This document shows, one piece after another, positions 60,001 through 64,000 of a stretch of DNA of 64,000 nucleotides (positions are counted from its first letter, which is position 1; each line of letters opens with the position of its first letter). The DNA lies in contig OZ024741.1 in the NCBI GenBank assembly GCA_964016885.1, positions 3,596,001 to 3,660,000 of the forward strand, written 5' to 3'. This DNA is from Eledone cirrhosa (lineage: Eukaryota). Position numbers and translations under genes: made by a program. Under the pieces are notes generated by a model. It saw only the letters and a list, made by a program, of their open reading frames with translations, did no database searches and had not been told where the DNA came from.

Positions 60001-61522
60001 ACCCTATCACTGTAGTTCTACATCTAAGACCCTATCACTGTAGTTCTACATCTAAGACCCTATCACTGTAGTTCTATATCTAAGTTAAGACCCTATCACT
60101 GTAGTTCTACATCTAAGACCCTATCACTGTAGTTCTACATCTAAGACCCTATCACTGTAGTTCTACATCTAAGACCCTATCACTGTAGTTCTATATCTAA
60201 GTTAAGACCCTATCACTGTAGTTCTACATCTAAGGCCCTATCACTGTAGTTCTATATCTAAGACCCTATCACTGTAGTTCTACATCTAAGACCCTATCAC
60301 TGTAGTTCTACATCTAAGACCCTATCTCTGTAGTTCTACATCTAAAACCCTATCACTATAGTTCTATATCTAAGACCCTATCACTGTAGTTCTACATCTA
60401 AGACCCTATCACTGTAGTTCTATATCTAAGACCCTATCACAGTAGTTCTATATCTAAGACCCTATCACTGTAGTTCTATATCTAAGACCCTATCACAGTA
60501 GTTCTATATCTAAGACCCTATCACTGTAGTTCTATATCTAAGACCCTATTACAGTAGTTCTATATCTAAGACCCTATCACTGTAGTTCTATATCTAAGAC
60601 CCTATCACTGTAGTTCTATATCTAAGACCCTATCACTGTAGCTCTACATCTAAGGCCCTATCACTGTAGTTCTACATCTAAGACCCTATCACCGTAGTTC
60701 TATATCTAAGACCCTATCACTGTAGCTCTACATCTAAGACCCTATCAGTGTAGGTCTACATCTAAGACCCTATCACTGTAGTTCTATATCTAAGAACCTA
60801 TCACTATAGTTCTACATCTAAGACCCTGTCACTGTAGTTCTACATCTAAGACCCTATCACTGTAGTTCTACATCTAAGACCCTATCATTGTAGTTCTACA
60901 TCTAAGACCCTATCACTGTAGTTCTACATCTAAGACCCTATCACTTTAGTTCTACATCTAAGACCCTATCACTATAGTTCTACATCTAAGACCCTGTCAC
61001 TGTAGTTCTACATCTAAGACCCTATCACTGTAGTTCTACATCTAAGACCCTATCATTGTAGTTCTACATCTAAGACCCTATCACTGTAGTTCTACATCTA
61101 AGACCCTATCACTGTAGTTCTATATCTAAGACCCTATCACTGTAGTTCTACATCTAAGACCCTATCACTGTAGTTCTACATCTAAGACCCTATCACTGTA
61201 GTTCTATATCTAAGTTAAGACCCTATCACTGTAGTTCTACATCTAAGGCCCTATCACAGTAGTTCTATATCTAAGACCCTATCACTGTAGTTCTACATCT
61301 AAGACCCTATCACTGTAGTTCTACATCTAAGACCCTATCACTGTAGTTCTATATCTAAGTTAAGACCCTATCACTGTAGTTCTACATCTAAGACCCTATC
61401 ACTGTAGTTCTACATCCAAGACCCTATCACTGTAGTTCTACATCTAAGGCCCTATCACTGTAGTTCTACATCTAAGGCCCTATCACTGTAGTTCTACATC
61501 TAAGGCCCTATCACTGTAGTTC
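1..61522. repeat. Tandem satellite array, 28-bp monomer AAGACCCTATCACTGTAGTTCTACATCT (about 2,100 copies, open at the left edge)
   Basis: The period is read directly (TCTAAGACCC at 1441 and again at 1469). All copies are in one orientation with no non-satellite insertions seen. Common variants are CTACA>CTATA, GACCC>GGCCC and a 33-bp monomer with an extra 5 nt (CTAAGTTAAGACC); rarer 27, 29, 31 and 36-bp monomers occur. The consensus is 39% GC (8 C vs 3 G on +) with no CpG. The array ends abruptly at ...TCACTGTAGTTC (61522). Copy number is length divided by about 29 bp, not an exact count. Confidence 0.99.
20200..59300. repeat. Higher-order repeat domain of the satellite, basic period about 4.7-4.8 kb
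   Basis: Marker ACACCCAATC occurs at 21077, 25234, 33421, 38118, 40065, 44762, 49558, 52273 and 57097 (spacings 4157, 8187, 4697, 1947, 4697, 4796, 2715, 4824). Each is followed by the same ordered variants (TTTGTACA, ACCATATC, TTCAACATATAAG, usually CAGCAGTTC and CCCTAAGACCC). Boundaries are approximate. Confidence 0.85.
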
Positions 61523-61662
61523 ACTCTCTCTTACACTTTATCTCTCTCTCACTTCCTCTCTATCTATCTCTCACTTCCTCTCTATCTCTCTCTCACTTCC
61601 TCTCTATCTCTGTCTCACTTCCTCTCTATTTCTGTCTCACTTCCTCTCTTACACTCTATCTC
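61523..61662. repeat. Pyrimidine-rich 22-bp minisatellite (about TCTCACTTCCTCTCTATCTCTG x5)
   Basis: ACTTCC recurs at 61551, 61573, 61595, 61617 and 61639 (period 22). The block is bracketed at both ends by CTCTCTTACACT(T/C)TATCTCTC and abuts the satellite end. Confidence 0.9.
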
Positions 61663-61860
61663 TCACTATGGCACCCCGAGCCATGCTATATCTCACTATG
61701 GCACCCCAAGCCATGCTGTACGTCACTATGGCACCCCAAGCCATGCTGTATGTCACTATGGCACCCCAAGCCATGCTGTATGTCACTATGGCACCCCTAA
61801 GACATGCTGTATGTCACTATGGCACCCCCAAGACGCCGTATGTCACTATGGCACCCCCTA
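61663..61860. repeat. 30-bp minisatellite TCACTATGGCACCCCAAGCCATGCTGTATG (about 6.6 copies)
   Basis: TCACTATGG starts at 61663, 61693, 61723, 61753, 61783, 61814 and 61843. The unit has an internal inverted repeat ATGGC-N7-GCCAT. Confidence 0.95.
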
Positions 61861-61949
61861 CTACCCCACCAGGAGGAAAATACATGCTGTTGATGATGTG
61901 ATAGAATATTTTATTATTTATTTATTAATTTCATGTCATTAGCATAATA

Positions 61950-62640
61950 CATCTTCATCGTCGTCATCACCGTATAACGTCTAATTTTCACGTTAGCATG
62001 GGTTAGACAGGTTGTCCCATTTGAGGCAAGTTGGGTCAGGTGACTGTGTCTTACTCATACAGAACTGTTTCTGGATGGTTTTCTATGGCTGGATGCCCTT
62101 CCTAACACCAACCACATTTACAGTGTGGACTGGGTACTTTTTGTTGTGACTCCTACATGACTACTTTACAGTGTGGGCTGGGTACTTTTTGTCATGACTC
62201 CCACATGACCACTTTACAGTGTGGGCTGGGTACTTTTTATCATGACCACTTTACAGTGTGGGCTGGGTACTTTTTATCATGACCACTTTACAGTGTGGGC
62301 TGGGTACTTTTTGTCATGACTCCCACATGACCACTTTACAACGTGGGCTGGGTACTTTTTGTTGTGACTCCTACATGACTACTTTACAGTGTGGGCTGGG
62401 TACTTTTTGTTGTGACTCCTACATGACCACTTTACAGTGTGGGCTGGGTACTTTTTGTCATGACTCCCACATGACCACTTTACAGTGTGGGCTGGGTACT
62501 TTTTGTCATGACTCCCACATGACCACTTTACAGTGTGGGCTGGGTACTTTTTGTCATGACTCCCACATGACCACTTTACAATATGGGCTGGGTACTTTTT
62601 GTCATGACTCTTACATGACTACTTTACAGTGTGGGCTGGG
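61950..62640 (-). mobile_element. Degenerate SINE/non-LTR retroelement-like repeat, copy 1, with a (GAT)n 3' tail and an internal 48-bp expansion
   Basis: It begins on + with decayed (CAT)n-CGTATAACGTC...TAGCATGGGTTAGAC and contains CTGGATGCCCTTCCTAACAC-AACCAC (from 62089). It aligns by eye with 63415-63630. I recall this motif set as an abundant octopus interspersed repeat. Strand is inferred from the short-tandem tail typical of RTE-type LINEs and their SINEs; the family is unverified. Confidence 0.65.
62112..62640. repeat. 48-bp minisatellite CCACTTTACAGTGTGGGCTGGGTACTTTTTGTCATGACTCCCACATGA (about 11 copies, two shortened to 37 bp)
   Basis: TTACA starts at 62118, 62166, 62214, 62251, 62288, 62336, 62384, 62432, 62480, 62528, 62576 and 62624. 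The 37-bp units lack the 11 nt between two CATGAC direct repeats. Confidence 0.97.
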
Positions 62641-62779
62641 AACAGGGACAGTTCATTGTTTTGAATGTGAAAAATGAAATTTACAGTTTATATTTATGCA
62701 GATTTAGTTGGCCCCTGGGAGTTTCTAGGGTGTTTTAACAATAGGGAGACCTAATCTTATAATGAAGTGTAACATGGCA

Positions 62780-62886
62780 TGAAGAGTCTTGCGTAGGAAC
62801 ACAATGCACCACCCGCTCTAAGAATTGAACCTTAAACCTTATGATTGTGAGTCCAGCACCCTAACCATTAAGCCATGTACCTTCAC
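62780..62886 (-). mobile_element. 5' part of a tRNA-derived SINE (Pol III A and B boxes)
   Basis: The minus strand reads GTGAAGGTACA-TGGCTTAATGG-TTAGGGTGCTGGACTCACAATCATAAGGTTTAA-GGTTCAATTCT-...TTGTGTTCCTACGCAAGACTCTT. The A-box-like motif is at 62865-62875 and the B-box-like motif at 62821-62831, with tRNA-like spacing. These are followed by a motif resembling the common SINE post-tRNA segment TGTGTCCTTGAGCAAGACACTT. Confidence 0.7.
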
Positions 62887-63010
62887 ATTAACAATACAAT
62901 ATGTCTTGAAAAATATTATGTTTAAAAAGTGTGTTATCCAGTGTGAACTGTTTAAAAAGTTCTGCTTTCAACAGAAGGAAGTTAATTCAAAAACAGAGAA
63001 ATAAACTCAC

Positions 63011-63152
63011 GTAATTTGATGGTTTTCCGGATAATTACCAAACATCTTCCTCTTCTTCGCTGGAAGGTCGGAGATGTCGTAGAACTCAAGATTGGAAAAT
63101 GAGAGTTTGTGGCAAGGCACACAGCCTAACGAGTAGTTTTCCCAGTTGACAT
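63011..63152 (-). CDS. Probable internal coding exon (142 bp, phase 1 in / phase 2 out) of an unidentified gene: xVNWENYSLGCVPCHKLSFSNLEFYDISDLPAKKRKMFGNYPENHQIx
   Basis: The minus-strand acceptor is ATTTATTTTCTTTCAG (AG at 63154-63153) and the donor is TAC|GTGAGT (GT at 63010-63009). Exactly one of three frames is open, and GC is higher than in the AT-rich flanks. An alternative donor TTG|GTAATT would end the exon at 63039 (114 bp). The protein is not recognised. Confidence 0.7.
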
Positions 63153-63204
63153 CTGAAAGAAAATAAATATTAGAGTCAATAAATATTGTTGTTGTTTAGA
63201 CAGA

Positions 63205-63371
63205 GGATGGTGGACAGAGAGTAAACTCAGGAAAAAAGTCCTTTGGTTATATCCTCAGACTCTTTCTGAATTCAATCCTGACGAGGACAACTTTCATCCT
63301 TCCGGAGTCGATATAATCTACTTTCCCTTTGCCCCTAAATTGCTGGCCTTGTGCCCTCATCAGAAATCATT
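63205..63371 (+). mobile_element. Degenerate SINE remnant, probably internally deleted
   Basis: It contains a B-box-like GAATTCAATCC (63268-63278), CTTTCATCCTTCCGGAGTCGAT (63291-63312) and a 3' GGCCTTGTGCC...AGAAATCATT (63345-63371). From memory this matches the order of motifs in an abundant octopus SINE (TCTGAGTTCAAATTCCGCCGAGGTCGACTTTGCCTTTCATCCTTTCGGGGTCGAT...GGCCTTGTGCC); not database-verified. The 5' boundary is uncertain. Confidence 0.6.
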
Positions 63372-63414
63372 CTTTACATACAGTTAACCCTTATTAAGCA
63401 GACAATCCCATATA

Positions 63415-63630
63415 CATCATCATCATCACCGTTTAATGTCCATTTTTCCACACTAGCATGGGCTAGACAAGTTGCTCTATTGTGAAACAAGCCAGGTTGG
63501 ATGACCAGGACTTGCTCATACAGGACTGATTTGGGCCTGATTTCTACAACTGGATGCCCTTCCAAACACCAACCACATTTACAGCGTGGGCAGGGCACTT
63601 TCGTCATGACACCTACATGACTACTTTACA
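63415..63630 (-). mobile_element. Degenerate SINE/non-LTR retroelement-like repeat, copy 2 (unexpanded)
   Basis: CATCATCATCATCACCGTTTAATGTCCATTTTTCCACACTAGCATGGGCTAGAC...CTGGATGCCCTTCCAAACACCAACCACATTTACAGCGTGGGCAGGGCACTTTCGTCATGACACCTACATGACTACTTTACA is colinear with 61950-62170 at an offset of about 1.46 kb. Confidence 0.7.
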
Positions 63631-63638
63631 CACATATA

Positions 63639-63660
63639 TGTGTGTGTGTGTGTGTGTGTG
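63639..63660. repeat. (TG)11 microsatellite
   Basis: Read directly from the sequence. Confidence 0.99.

Positions 63661-64000
<340 letters not shown>

Noticed and set aside
1-61522. CRISPR array (28-bp palindromic repeat; TCTAC/GTAG and TCTAAGA vaguely recall Cas12a repeats)
   Set aside because: Repeats are head-to-tail with no unique spacers, there are no cas genes, and the context is eukaryotic.
1-61522. Synthetic tetO array (CCCTATCACTG resembles half of tetO TCTCTATCACTGATAGGGA); CACTATAG resembles the T7 promoter end
   Set aside because: The second operator half-site (GATAGGGA) is missing, there is no vector sequence, and the variation looks naturally evolved. These are chance short matches.
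1-61522. Coding potential or telomeric identity of the satellite
   Set aside because: Stop codons occur on both strands and the 28-bp period rotates them through all frames. The unit is unrelated to TTAGGG-type repeats.
61668-61901. ORF 77 aa (MAPQAMLYVT repeats)
   Set aside because: Translation of the 30-bp minisatellite; it is open only because the unit is a stop-free multiple of 3, and the repeat frame shifts at the 31-bp unit.
62258-62677. ORF 139 aa, Cys/His-rich 16-aa repeats
   Set aside because: Translation of the 48-bp minisatellite inside a repeat element; it has a non-ATG start, and the 37-bp units break the frame.
62810-62886. Functional tRNA gene on the minus strand
   Set aside because: A and B boxes are present, but I could not fold a convincing acceptor stem or cloverleaf, and a SINE-like body follows; annotated as a SINE head instead.
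63374-63607. ORF 77 aa on the minus strand
   Set aside because: It lies almost entirely in the degenerate repeat copy 2; the DDDD run is the (GAT)n tail.

Overview
Eukaryotic (animal) genomic DNA. Recalled SINE motifs suggest an octopus/coleoid cephalopod, but I could not run a database check. About 96% of the window (1-61522, continuing off the left edge) is one uninterrupted head-to-tail satellite of roughly 2,100 monomers. The consensus is 28 bp (AAGACCCTATCACTGTAGTTCTACATCT), there is a frequent 33-bp variant, and each monomer has an internal dyad TGTAG-TT-CTACA. Rare variant monomers show that the array was built by nested multi-kb duplications (offsets about 1.6, 2.2, 3.2, 4.2, 4.7, 6.6, 7.5, 10.1 and 12.3 kb) and that it has two differently marked domains. 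The last 2.5 kb holds: a 22-bp CT-rich repeat; a 30-bp minisatellite; two copies of a (GAT)n-tailed retroelement-like repeat, one of which has expanded an internal 48-bp unit; two SINE-like remnants; a compound microsatellite; and one convincing minus-strand internal coding exon (63011-63152) not in the ORF track. That exon reads toward the satellite, so the array may lie inside a giant (>63 kb) intron. There is no CRISPR array and no prokaryotic system, and all four supplied ORFs are repeat artefacts.
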